The notes beneath the pieces are model-generated. The model saw only the letters and a program-made list of their open reading frames with translations. It made no database searches and had not been told where the DNA came from. Shown in pieces: positions 14,835 through 24,225 of a DNA stretch of 64,000 bases. Position numbers and translations under genes: made by a program. This stretch comes from a virus (Duplodnaviria; Caudoviricetes): IMG/VR virus record IMGVR_UViG_3300032308_001355, positions 369-64,368 of that record. One strand, written 5' to 3'. Position 1 is the stretch's first letter. Every line of letters begins with the position of its first letter.

Positions 14835-16856
14835 TTATGGTTTTGGTACTTCACAGAAGTCCGTGGAGCAATACTTTTCACCAATAGCGTCCGCAGCCAT
14901 GCCAGCGTACACGTCAGTAAAGTCAATAGGAAGTAATTTGTACTTGTATCCTTCGTACTCTTCTTTAGTAATTTGAGTGTATGGCATTTGAGGATAGACA
15001 GCGTTGCCCATAGGTAGGAAAGAGACAGTCTTTAGTTGTCCGTCGAACATATGAAGAACAGTACCAACGTGGTCTTTCTCAGTCTCAGCATTAAAAGAGA
15101 CCGTTACTGATACTGAATTATCCGACCAATGACGTTGAGCCATAGAAGCAAGAGAGGTCTTTTCATAAATAGTTACGTCCTTTTCAGAACGGAGAGCCTC
15201 AGATTCAATAGGGAAATAAACTACCGAAGTTGTTTTTGGAGATTCACTTGCTGGTTCAACCGTGTATCCACTTGCAGTAAAGAGAGGTAGCATAGGGTCT
15301 TCATTACCGAAACGAATAGTGCGTAAGAAGAATTGACCGCCAGGAGTCCAATGTACCCCAGGAGATTCACCAGCCAAGATAGAAACAGTTCCCGAAGGTT
15401 TAACAGTTGTAGTCTTGATTGACTCACGGATACCAAGCCACTCTGAGTATGACTTATCGTATGCCTGTATTACTTCGTATCCCTTATCCATCCACTCACG
15501 TAGAGCAGGTAACCCTGCGCGGTCAGCGAAGTTAGCGATACCTGAGATAGAAGTACCAATGCGACGATTACGTTGCATGATTGCGTTAGTTTCTTCCCAA
15601 TGTGTAGGAAGAAGAGTAACGGTCTTAGCATAAAGATATGCAAACTTTAGTGTGCGCTTAAAGTCCTCTAGAGAGTCATGGCGATTCATATATGTCTCTA
15701 CGAGAGTACAACACTCAAAAGATTCAAGAGATTGTTCAGCGCAAGGGTTGTATCCCGCTGCGCGCCAGTCTTTGTTATTAGGAGCATCAATCAAACGACC
15801 ATACTTCCTAGTAACATCCATCCAAATGACCCCAGGTTCACCGTTGCGGGCAATACCGTCAATGATTCCAGAGAAGTCATCCCCAACCTTTACCTCAACA
15901 GAGTTGTTGGACATCCAAGCCCAGCCAGGATTCTTCGGGTCATAAGAGTTACGCTCAGGATATACTTCAGCGTTCTTTAAATTAAGGAAGTCTTTGTCAT
16001 CCAAACGACCCATCAAGAGCTCAGCCGAACGACGGACATTTCCACTTACAACACAAACTCCAATTAAGTTACCAATATCTGCAATATCTTTACGAGTTAG
16101 TTTCTCACCAGCTCGATTGCTGAAGATTGCACGCACATAGTTGTGTAACTTCTCTAGCGGCTCATGTCCTGCAGCGGTTCCGCCAAAGGTTTTAATAGGA
16201 GTTCCAGCAGGACGGATGAGCGAGTAGTCAAACTCGCAGATATTCTGTTCAGACTTCAGGTAGGAGTTAATAAGTAATGAAGTTGATTCAACCCAACCCT
16301 CACGTGTATCAGGGATTACTGTGGTTACAGCAGGTAGTTTAGGCTCATAGATTGTGAAGTCTTTGTCCGCACCTTTGTCATCAAAGCCAACGCCTACGCC
16401 TAACATGCTTGCTTCCATGAGGAAGGCAAATGGTTTGGCTGGGTTAATCTTGGTCATAGACTCAGTAGAAACAAAAGAACAGTTTTGAAGAGCGGCTGAG
16501 TTGCGTTGCTCATTGACCAGAGGGGTACCCATTACCCATAGTCCGCGCCCTGGCGGAGTCCACTTTAAATTAAAAAGGCGGTCATAGGCTTCTTTAGCAG
16601 AAGCCTGGGCTTTAGCATCATTCCAAGGAAGGCGGTTTAATTTAGCGTGGTCTTTTTGTAGGGAGTACATGCCATTGATAACACGCTCGCATACTTCAAC
16701 CCAAGTCTCTTTAGTGCCGTCCTCTTTAAGACGAGAATAGGTGCGCAAGAAAGTAATCTCACCTACTGCATTTCCGCCAGCATCCACATAGCCCCATGGG
16801 ACTTTCTTGGATTTATATCCAGCGACAAAATCGTCCGCAAGATGGAATGACAACAT
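14835..16856 (-). CDS. nrdJ: class II (adenosylcobalamin-dependent) ribonucleotide reductase
   Basis: PPGRGLW, NPCAEQ, TTVKPSGTVS, C-terminal CxxxxC. Confidence 0.93.
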   Translation of the reverse strand: MLSFHLADDFVAGYKSKKVPWGYVDAGGNAVGEITFLRTYSRLKEDGTKETWVEVCERVINGMYSLQKDHAKLNRLPWNDAKAQASAKEAYDRLFNLKWTPPGRGLWVMGTPLVNEQRNSAALQNCSFVSTESMTKINPAKPFAFLMEASMLGVGVGFDDKGADKDFTIYEPKLPAVTTVIPDTREGWVESTSLLINSYLKSEQNICEFDYSLIRPAGTPIKTFGGTAAGHEPLEKLHNYVRAIFSNRAGEKLTRKDIADIGNLIGVCVVSGNVRRSAELLMGRLDDKDFLNLKNAEVYPERNSYDPKNPGWAWMSNNSVEVKVGDDFSGIIDGIARNGEPGVIWMDVTRKYGRLIDAPNNKDWRAAGYNPCAEQSLESFECCTLVETYMNRHDSLEDFKRTLKFAYLYAKTVTLLPTHWEETNAIMQRNRRIGTSISGIANFADRAGLPALREWMDKGYEVIQAYDKSYSEWLGIRESIKTTTVKPSGTVSILAGESPGVHWTPGGQFFLRTIRFGNEDPMLPLFTASGYTVEPASESPKTTSVVYFPIESEALRSEKDVTIYEKTSLASMAQRHWSDNSVSVTVSFNAETEKDHVGTVLHMFDGQLKTVSFLPMGNAVYPQMPYTQITKEEYEGYKYKLLPIDFTDVYAGMAADAIGEKYCSTDFCEVPKP

Positions 16857-16923
16857 ATTTATATCTCCCTTTGTTTAGTTGTGTTGCAACCCCCATTTGG
16901 GGGTTCTTATATGATAATAAGAA

Positions 16924-18384
16924 TTACTTATCTTCTAAAGATTGTTTGATAATTTGGGTGGTTTCAGATTCGTTCAATCCGCCTTCTGGCAGTTCCCGAA
17001 GTACCTGAGCCTTATCACCAAAGATAGAGGATAGCACGCCAGCCGAGCCTTGGCGCTCTACAGTCATGCGAATAAACTCACGTGAGTCGTCCAATTCTTT
17101 GGTGGTTTTAATAAGTTTAAATAGTCGGTCAATCTCTTGAGAAACGTTTGGGTCTGCGTATCCACCGTTCATTTCTTCGCTAAAACGCATAAAAGCAACG
17201 CGTTGTCCTTGCATTTCAATGACTGCGTTAATCAAAGACTTTAGTTGGTCTTTGGTCTTAATGCTAACTGGTAACTTAAAAGCGCATGTACTTGATGGTT
17301 TAAAAGCAGGACAGTTAGAAGCTACAAAGCATGTATCGCACGCTCGAAGTGAGACATCCTGTGAGGTAAGTGTAGTCACATCTTTGATAGTTCCATCGTC
17401 TTCTACAATGGTCTCTAACTCGTAACCGAAGACAGGTAAATTGCCCATTTCCTCTGGCTTACGGGGTTCAAGTTTGCGTACCTGAGTACCCTTATTATCA
17501 ATATGGGAAGGGGTAGTTTCCCCATTTTGCTCCACTTCGCTCCCCCCGCTATTATCATATAAGAAGTCGTCGTTATTCATTCCATTTAACCTCGCTTCGT
17601 ACTGCAAGTAAGACCAGACTGCCAAACGACAGACTTCCTTAGAGTCATCTTCTAATATCTTATCTACATCTAACCTAGCCTTTGTATATACGTTTCTGTA
17701 TCTAGTGCGGGCTTGGTCTTTCATTCGTTTGGGGTATCGCTTGATTTGAGTACCGTCCCAGACAATAGTTTCGCCATTCATCATGGGAGACAACCAAGCC
17801 ATAGTGCTGGCGGTTTCTGCAGATACTTGACGTAAATTGTCGGGTTTAGCGGAGCCTAGCACATGAAACCGTGTACCGTGCTTGCGGTTAATAGTCCTAG
17901 TGACCATAGCAAGTTGAACTTCTGTTTCTAAAGATTCCCCAGAAATACCAATGTCCAGATAGTCTTCAGCCATTCGATGAAGACCAGCGTAGCCCGTGGT
18001 GGGCTCCCAAACGGGTAAAAACTTACCAGGTGGTACTTGAGACCAGGCTGTTCGTCGTTGTTGTAGTACAAACTCTTGGTCTATGCGTGGCCCTGAGATT
18101 TCACTGAAGACATTAATCCTATCAACGTTGTTTGCTATAAATCCTTCATACTCAGCGGCAAAATCCTCAAGCTCTTCAGCTGTTAATTCCGTGTCTTTTG
18201 GTATGCCTGGGTATACATAAATATAAAATGAGTCTTTAAAGTAGTTCTTTAATAAATAATCGCTTTTCTTTGGAAGCCCTCGTTGTTTCAGCCGCCAGAA
18301 GCTAACACCTACGTGGGTTGCCCCTGTGGTTTCTAATAAAGTACGATTTGAGGGAACCTCTGCTCCCAACATTACAAGTTTCAT
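16924..18384 (-). CDS. TGT/TIM-barrel-like domain fused to Cys-rich metal-binding and helical C-terminal domains
   Basis: FHVLG...ASTMAW resembles the TGT-like H..G...D/S..W motif; CDTC-x5-C-x8-C. Confidence 0.45.
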   Translation of the reverse strand: MKLVMLGAEVPSNRTLLETTGATHVGVSFWRLKQRGLPKKSDYLLKNYFKDSFYIYVYPGIPKDTELTAEELEDFAAEYEGFIANNVDRINVFSEISGPRIDQEFVLQQRRTAWSQVPPGKFLPVWEPTTGYAGLHRMAEDYLDIGISGESLETEVQLAMVTRTINRKHGTRFHVLGSAKPDNLRQVSAETASTMAWLSPMMNGETIVWDGTQIKRYPKRMKDQARTRYRNVYTKARLDVDKILEDDSKEVCRLAVWSYLQYEARLNGMNNDDFLYDNSGGSEVEQNGETTPSHIDNKGTQVRKLEPRKPEEMGNLPVFGYELETIVEDDGTIKDVTTLTSQDVSLRACDTCFVASNCPAFKPSSTCAFKLPVSIKTKDQLKSLINAVIEMQGQRVAFMRFSEEMNGGYADPNVSQEIDRLFKLIKTTKELDDSREFIRMTVERQGSAGVLSSIFGDKAQVLRELPEGGLNESETTQIIKQSLEDK

Positions 18385-18839
18385 TGAACTCGGTGGTCTT
18401 CTACGTATAGTTCTTGTTGGCGCGTAATCTCATTTTCTATATCTGCCCAACTTTTACGACCCTCACGGCTATCTGGACGAAACTTTTCACTTATATAAAG
18501 GGGTTGTAAAAACATTAAGGTTGTAATACCAGATTCCAATAACTTAGCAGATAGCTTTGGGTCGGATGTAACTACATAATCTACGGGGCCTCTGCCTCTG
18601 CAATACTCTACCTGTCGCCATTCAAGCCAATCAATACTTAAAGGTATATCTTCCCCAACCAAATCATCTACTAAATTAATTTTATTTTCTTTAAGCCATC
18701 TGTCATCCCGTGCTTTATGTGAACATATAAGTATTACTTGTGTAGTTTCTTTTAAGGTACGGTAAAGGGCAAACCCTTGCCTATTAGGTGAGCCTGTGTG
18801 TGAGCGTAAAACGCCGTCTACAAACATTAAAATTGCCAC
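18381..18839 (-). CDS. HAD-fold protein (degenerate motif I)
   Basis: ILMFVDGVL (first Asp missing), W.....I pattern. Confidence 0.6.
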   Translation of the reverse strand: MAILMFVDGVLRSHTGSPNRQGFALYRTLKETTQVILICSHKARDDRWLKENKINLVDDLVGEDIPLSIDWLEWRQVEYCRGRGPVDYVVTSDPKLSAKLLESGITTLMFLQPLYISEKFRPDSREGRKSWADIENEITRQQELYVEDHRVQ

Positions 18840-18861
18840 GTGTTAGTTCTCCAACTACTAA

Positions 18862-19794
18862 TTAATTCTTGGCGCCGAGTGCCCTTCGGACTAGGGTATT
18901 AACATCAGGAAGTTCCATACCATAAGTTTGAGTCTCAAACTCTTTGCGTCCTTTAGCGGCAATATCCTTTAACTTACGCAAGGCTTGAATCGTACCAGCG
19001 GCTTTACCAGATTGCCAACGGTGATTGTAAATATCCATATAACCTTGCCCACTGGGACTAAACGCATAACTTCTTCCATGGTGAATTTCATCAAATAATG
19101 CGGCGCCTTGCTCAATCGCAAGCTTTAAGGCAGCTTCAGCGTTTCTGCGCGCCGTATCTGTAGTCGCGCTCCCTATGGATGTGAGCGCTGCTGAGTATCT
19201 TGACAAAATCTCTGTTGTCATAGATGTATCTTTAGCAACTCTGTCATCCCATGCTCTATTTTGAGGTGGGGCCTTGACTTCTGGCTGTACTGTCCAATCA
19301 TCATTAGTTAACGAATACGCGGCGTATGGTTTAATAGAACGAATATCTGTTTTAACATTTACAAAAAAAGTTAATTCGTAAGCTTCAAGGAAGTTATTAG
19401 TAACTGGATGTAACATTTCTCTAAAATCGGCGTTAAACATATCAGCAATTTGTTTATCACTTAAAGCTTTGTATTCTGGATTAGTTTGCCTAAACGTTAG
19501 GTAGTTAATTCCAATTAAACAATCCAAATCAGCTGGGTTACGAGCAGCTGTCCACTGATAGCTTATAGCTGAGCCAGCTAACCAAACGTGTGTGTATGCC
19601 TCTGGGTTATAGTAATGATTCTTTAAATGTTCAAATAAAATGCGCAAAATTGAAGAACGAACGTGAGGTACAAGTTTTCCGCTTCTAAATAAACGTGGGT
19701 CTAGCCCAGCCCCAGGAGCGCTAAAATATGACGTTTCAGAGGGCTCTATTGCTACTGGTGTAGCCTGCGCCACCAATGAAGAATAGATGTCCAT
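18862..19794 (-). CDS. Pol-beta superfamily nucleotidyltransferase
   Basis: LAGS-x12-DLD plus downstream YELTFFVN acidic strand. Confidence 0.8.
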   Translation of the reverse strand: MDIYSSLVAQATPVAIEPSETSYFSAPGAGLDPRLFRSGKLVPHVRSSILRILFEHLKNHYYNPEAYTHVWLAGSAISYQWTAARNPADLDCLIGINYLTFRQTNPEYKALSDKQIADMFNADFREMLHPVTNNFLEAYELTFFVNVKTDIRSIKPYAAYSLTNDDWTVQPEVKAPPQNRAWDDRVAKDTSMTTEILSRYSAALTSIGSATTDTARRNAEAALKLAIEQGAALFDEIHHGRSYAFSPSGQGYMDIYNHRWQSGKAAGTIQALRKLKDIAAKGRKEFETQTYGMELPDVNTLVRRALGAKN

Positions 19795-19823
19795 TTAACT
19801 ATTATAGCCTTTACCAGGCATCC

Positions 19824-20390
19824 TTAGTTGTATAGACCCTTCTTCTTAAATGCCTTTTCTTGAACTTTACTCTTTACAGGGCAATAATCACATAAGTACA
19901 CTTTTGGCCCACGGCTTTCTTTTTCCAAACCAGCAGCCATTCGTTCTTTAGCTGTGTCAGGAACTAGGAGCTTTTTATCTGTTTTGTAATCGCCGCAGTC
20001 TGTGGTTTGGTTATGTTCTTTAATCCAACATGACATAGCATCTGCTGTAAAGTTATTTTTAGTATCGTAAAAATTAGTGCCAAATACGTCTAAGCCCTGT
20101 GCGCCTTCTTTTAATTGAGCTAAAATTCCTTCTTTAACTTTAGGAATAATCCAAAAACGTGTAGGAAACTTAATAGTAATAAAATCATCACGGACACAGC
20201 CTTTACGCACGTGCTGGTCTGTGAAGAACTTTTGGGTTAGGTCAAACTCCATGGTGTTTTCACCACCCTCTGGGCCCTCATAATCAGGAACCTCTTCAAT
20301 TGAACGGCATTTAATGCACTTTAGGACGCGCATATGCGGTTCGTTAGGGTTTACCTCTGCGGTTTTAAGTTGAGCTAAGTCGTATACCAT
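19824..20390 (-). CDS. multi-Cys zinc-binding protein
   Basis: CIKC, H...C, C...H...C, CDYC. Confidence 0.75.
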   Translation of the reverse strand: MVYDLAQLKTAEVNPNEPHMRVLKCIKCRSIEEVPDYEGPEGGENTMEFDLTQKFFTDQHVRKGCVRDDFITIKFPTRFWIIPKVKEGILAQLKEGAQGLDVFGTNFYDTKNNFTADAMSCWIKEHNQTTDCGDYKTDKKLLVPDTAKERMAAGLEKESRGPKVYLCDYCPVKSKVQEKAFKKKGLYN

Positions 20391-20408
20391 GGCAGAAGTC
20401 TAGCACAA

Positions 20409-20894
20409 TTATTTCTTTTTGTTTTCAGCCAATCGTTTTCGAGCAGCAGCCATTTTTGCTTCATTAGAAGCTAAAGCAACAGCACGGGCTTGAGCACCAC
20501 CTGCGGTACCTGCAACTGGTGACGGAACTGCTGTTTTCTTTGGAGCCGCCTTTTTTGTTTTTGTAGTGGCTTCTTGTTTAGGAAATGAAAAATACCCACC
20601 AGAATGAAGCATCATGCCTTTGTTGGAATCATCTTTAGATGTAAGCAAACCGACATGTTCTTTATTATTTTTATCAAATTTAGTCATTTCACGTGGACCA
20701 AGCTCTTCCGCGTTGTACTCCTCAACACGAGGGCGTCCGCCACCAAAATCCCATTTACCTGTTCCAGGGCGTGTATCTCCACGAGATGGTAATGAAACTG
20801 ATGCGATGTTCTTTTTGCCCTCTAAGCTTTTATAAATAGCTTCAGTATTAATTTGTGGTGTACGAGCGGGGTTGTTAGCACGGTCATCAGCCAT
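20409..20894 (-). CDS. disordered Lys/Ala-rich protein, MAxDR N-terminus
   Basis: start moved to MADDRAN; KKAAPKK tail. Confidence 0.7.
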   Translation of the reverse strand: MADDRANNPARTPQINTEAIYKSLEGKKNIASVSLPSRGDTRPGTGKWDFGGGRPRVEEYNAEELGPREMTKFDKNNKEHVGLLTSKDDSNKGMMLHSGGYFSFPKQEATTKTKKAAPKKTAVPSPVAGTAGGAQARAVALASNEAKMAAARKRLAENKKK

Positions 20895-21057
20895 TAGATG
20901 TTTTCCTATCTTCTGCATCCATAGCATCTAATTCTGCTTGATGTGGGTCTGGTCGTTCACGCATTTCAATAATGTCTGCGCCAAACTTACCTTCCATACG
21001 TTCTTGTCGTTCAAGGTTAGGTACTCGGCGTGAGTCGTATGCGCGGTCTTCAGCCAT
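20887..21057 (-). CDS. charged microprotein, MAxDR N-terminus (56 aa, not in ORF track)
   Basis: MAEDRAYDSRRVPNLERQ...; 8-nt overlaps on both sides. Confidence 0.7.
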   Translation of the reverse strand: MAEDRAYDSRRVPNLERQERMEGKFGADIIEMRERPDPHQAELDAMDAEDRKTSNG

Positions 21058-21346
21058 TTAATTTATACTCATTTTCGTCATAAGCCTGTTTAACATGTCC
21101 GCCACCAACATTATAAACTTCGTTTCTATCTTTTCTAAAATCCCCATCGTGTTTTTTATTAATAGAAGAATTATCATGTGGGCGTCCTTCTTTAACAGCG
21201 TTTTGAGGGAATGACTGACCCGAGTTCATTTGAAGGTTGTCTGCCCAAGCAGAGCTTTCTCGCTTCCAACCTAAAGCATCACCCATTTTACTTAAAGCAC
21301 TGGTGTCAATAGTACGCTTTGAGTCGCGTGAGCGGTCTTTAGCCAT
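21050..21346 (-). CDS. disordered protein, MAxDR N-terminus
   Basis: MAKDRSRDSKRT... Confidence 0.7.
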   Translation of the reverse strand: MAKDRSRDSKRTIDTSALSKMGDALGWKRESSAWADNLQMNSGQSFPQNAVKEGRPHDNSSINKKHDGDFRKDRNEVYNVGGGHVKQAYDENEYKLNG

Positions 21347-21348
21347 AA

Positions 21349-21558
21349 TTAGTTGCCTAGTGGATTAACTTGTGATGTCTCTTCTGAGTTAATAAATCCG
21401 TAGTTCATGTATGGATGTAAACCTGCTCGGTTTTTAACAACTAGTTCGTCACCCATCGCAGGTGCAACTGTTGTATTAGGACGACGCTTACGGTATTTAC
21501 CGTCTGTTGCGCCCATTTCAAGTGCAGTGTTTTCAGACATTGCTTTGCGAACGGTCAT
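21349..21558 (-). CDS. hypothetical protein
   Basis: GATDGKYRKRRP; ATGA overlap. Confidence 0.7.
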   Translation of the reverse strand: MTVRKAMSENTALEMGATDGKYRKRRPNTTVAPAMGDELVVKNRAGLHPYMNYGFINSEETSQVNPLGN

Positions 21559-21785
21559 GCCATTCGTCCTTTCACTAAGGAGTAGTTTTTCCTGCGTTGG
21601 CAAGAAGTGCACATCTCGTTAAGTAATGATTGTACTGGGTCAATACGTCGTCCACAGCCTTTGCACGCTGTGTCTCCATTATAAATGGTCTGTCCTAGCT
21701 CTTTTTGAGTGCTAAGGGCAACGTCCTCAGCCCCAGCCATACCTTCGCCAGTGCTATCTGTAAATAAACCTGGGTCATTGCTCAT
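21555..21785 (-). CDS. zinc-ribbon protein
   Basis: CKGC...CTSC. Confidence 0.7.
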   Translation of the reverse strand: MSNDPGLFTDSTGEGMAGAEDVALSTQKELGQTIYNGDTACKGCGRRIDPVQSLLNEMCTSCQRRKNYSLVKGRMA

Positions 21786-22147
21786 ATTGTAGGTCCTAAC
21801 GAGTTAGTGCTTGTAGATTGTTGAGTATTAGGTGTTTGGCTAAAGTCGGACTCAACGCGTTGGGTAGTAGCAACACGACGTGGCATATTGACTAAATCTT
21901 CAATGCCAATCTCATCTTCACTATATCCATAACGTGCTGGGAATAACTGTATCTGTGGGAGTGGTGGACGAACATATTCTTGAATCTCTGATGCGCTCAT
22001 GCTCCAAGCAGCTAGTGATTGGCTTAACAGCCGCTCTTGATTGCTAGCAAAAGGCCCTACATATTCCTGTGGTGGATATGCAGGTTCTACTAATGGCGCT
22101 ACCCATGGGCGGCGATTATAAACTCCGTCTGCAAACTTACCTGCCAT
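21782..22147 (-). CDS. Pro/Gln-rich hypothetical protein
   Basis: tightly packed in operon. Confidence 0.7.
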   Translation of the reverse strand: MAGKFADGVYNRRPWVAPLVEPAYPPQEYVGPFASNQERLLSQSLAAWSMSASEIQEYVRPPLPQIQLFPARYGYSEDEIGIEDLVNMPRRVATTQRVESDFSQTPNTQQSTSTNSLGPTI

Positions 22148-22148
22148 A

Positions 22149-22688
22149 TTACTTCCAACCTGGGCGCATACGAGCCATTTGGTCTACGCGTCGTTTGTCT
22201 AATGACATAGGTGAAGTACTACGCATATTAGCCTTACCATCATTTGGTAGGTGAGGTGCTGGAGCAGCCATTGCGTTTTCTACACCACGGGGTACGCGGT
22301 ATACGTTTCCATCTTTAACTGCTTTCATTTGACGTGCAATACCACGTGTATTTTCTAAACCTGCTGGGTAGTAATAATCTTGTACATCAATGCGCTCACC
22401 ACGGTGAACACCTCGTTGATATGAACGTTGACCTACTCTTACTTTTAAACCGTCTAATACACGGTCTGCTACTCCAGATGAACGCCCTCTATCATCTCTA
22501 CGTGAACGAATAGTTCCAAGATACCCATCTGGGTACTCTGCTTGTGGCGCGCGACCTACACCAAGACGAAGAAAATCAAGTTCACTACGAGCAACTGGAA
22601 CACCACCACCACCGTAAACGGTGTTGGTCCCATACATACCAGCTGCGCCCAGATTCTGAACGTTTTGATGTGGTTGTGGATTAGCCAT
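22149..22688 (-). CDS. Arg/Gly-rich hypothetical protein (possible virion protein)
   Basis: YPDGYLGTIRSRRDDR, YQRGVHRGERID. Confidence 0.75.
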   Translation of the reverse strand: MANPQPHQNVQNLGAAGMYGTNTVYGGGGVPVARSELDFLRLGVGRAPQAEYPDGYLGTIRSRRDDRGRSSGVADRVLDGLKVRVGQRSYQRGVHRGERIDVQDYYYPAGLENTRGIARQMKAVKDGNVYRVPRGVENAMAAPAPHLPNDGKANMRSTSPMSLDKRRVDQMARMRPGWK

Positions 22689-22692
22689 AAGA

Positions 22693-23895
22693 CTATGGTA
22701 AGCGATTTTCTCCTGCTAGTACCGCTAAATCACGACGTGGGTCGTGCCCCTCACCAACTACTAGTGAGACTATACCTGTCGGTGATTCAAGACCACTTTT
22801 ATCACGGAACCATGCGCTACCACCGTCCATTGCTGGTACTTGAATCCAAAGGCGTGGACCAACTTGGTCTGCACGGAAATGGTGGAAGTGACCTGTTAAT
22901 AGAACATCTGCCGAACCGACTGGTGTTCGACCAGTTGCTTGTCCGTGTAACCACTTACCCATATCTTTTGCTTGGTGACCGTGAGCTAAGCCAACAATAG
23001 TGCCACCCAAATCAATAGCAAGTGTTCCATTGTCTGGCTTTGGATAATAAAACTTAACGTGTGAAAGGTTTGGGTTTTCTGCGCACGCGTCTTGAACCGC
23101 TGCAACAACCTCAATCTGCCAAGAATCAATCGGGTCTGTCATCATAATACGGTGTGGCTCATCGTGGTTTCCTGGTACAACTGGTACTAGTAACTCGTCG
23201 CAAAGTGGAGCAAACGCCTTAACCCACGCCATTAGTACACGGCGACCAATACGTACCTGTTGCGTTACTCCAAGGTCACTTCGTCCAATTACTTTTCCAT
23301 GTTGTGAAGCTGTACCTTCAATACAATCACCTAATTGGGGCAACACTACTGTACCAATTTTACGTCCTGCTTTTAATAGTTCTTTATGACGCGCAACCGA
23401 TTCTTCAATAGCTGTAAGAACTCGAGCAACTGTTGCTTCTGTACCACCACCTGCATCTTTTCCATACTGTGTATCACCTATAGCATAAATTGCATATAAC
23501 GGGCCAGTGGCCTGCTCTACTTTTCCTGGTTTCCACTTACTTATATCTGCAACTAATGCGTCGTAATCTAAATCTTTACCGTCTGTGAGTCTATCTGCTG
23601 GCTTTACTGTTACCTTAGCAGCTTCTAACCATTCTCCATCAAAACGTTGCCAACGGCTTTGTCGAACGCTGACCACTGTCCAAACATTTGGGTCTAAATC
23701 AAAATCTTTAAATAACTCAACTGCATCGGGCAACTCCCCTGCGGTACGTGGTGTAGAAACAAAGTAACCACCCTCTGTACCGATATCCATACGTGCCCTA
23801 TATTCAGGCGGCGTATTTGCTTTTTTTACTTCATCCTCTACGCCGTTAAGTTCTGCATTAATCAGTGCTTTTCCTATTACATTTATTTTTGACAT
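22693..23895 (-). CDS. calcineurin-like metallophosphoesterase
   Basis: GDTQ, LGDCIEG, PGNHDE, HGH, GHFHH. Confidence 0.9.
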   Translation of the reverse strand: MSKINVIGKALINAELNGVEDEVKKANTPPEYRARMDIGTEGGYFVSTPRTAGELPDAVELFKDFDLDPNVWTVVSVRQSRWQRFDGEWLEAAKVTVKPADRLTDGKDLDYDALVADISKWKPGKVEQATGPLYAIYAIGDTQYGKDAGGGTEATVARVLTAIEESVARHKELLKAGRKIGTVVLPQLGDCIEGTASQHGKVIGRSDLGVTQQVRIGRRVLMAWVKAFAPLCDELLVPVVPGNHDEPHRIMMTDPIDSWQIEVVAAVQDACAENPNLSHVKFYYPKPDNGTLAIDLGGTIVGLAHGHQAKDMGKWLHGQATGRTPVGSADVLLTGHFHHFRADQVGPRLWIQVPAMDGGSAWFRDKSGLESPTGIVSLVVGEGHDPRRDLAVLAGENRLP

Positions 23896-24116
23896 GTGCA
23901 GTACCCTCGAAAGTGTGAACGAAACGCGGTTAATTTAAAAGGCAATTTATCTTCTTTATCTAAATCTGTAAATAGTGTTGCTAACTTTATATTTTTATTA
24001 TTTTGCTTTACTAAGGCAAATGCTTCTTGTTCTTCTTGTGGAAGCGACAAAACCCATTGGTAGACCATACAACCATCGTCTTCATCACTAAGGTACTTAT
24101 TTAGTATTTCTAACAT
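23883..24116 (-). CDS. small Cys/His protein
   Basis: C.V..W and H.RG.C.C; RBS AAGGAG. Confidence 0.7.
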   Translation of the reverse strand: MLEILNKYLSDEDDGCMVYQWVLSLPQEEQEAFALVKQNNKNIKLATLFTDLDKEDKLPFKLTAFRSHFRGYCTCQK

Positions 24117-24184
24117 GAGCTCTCCTTGACTCCATCGTGTTGCATCATAACCTAGACTAGCACAGATGCATGCGGAATCAAATG

Positions 24185-24212
24185 AAAAACCCCGCTATTT
24201 TTAGCGGGGTCT
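24185..24212 (-). terminator. intrinsic terminator
   Basis: ACCCCGCTA/TAGCGGGGT stem plus TTTT on minus strand. Confidence 0.8.
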
Positions 24213-24225
24213 CTACCTATAAAAA

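Noticed and set aside
16876-16890. CAACACAAC upstream of nrdJ as another copy of the CAACACAAAC motif or an NrdR box
   Set aside because: One base short, no partner arm or hairpin, and not palindromic like an NrdR box.
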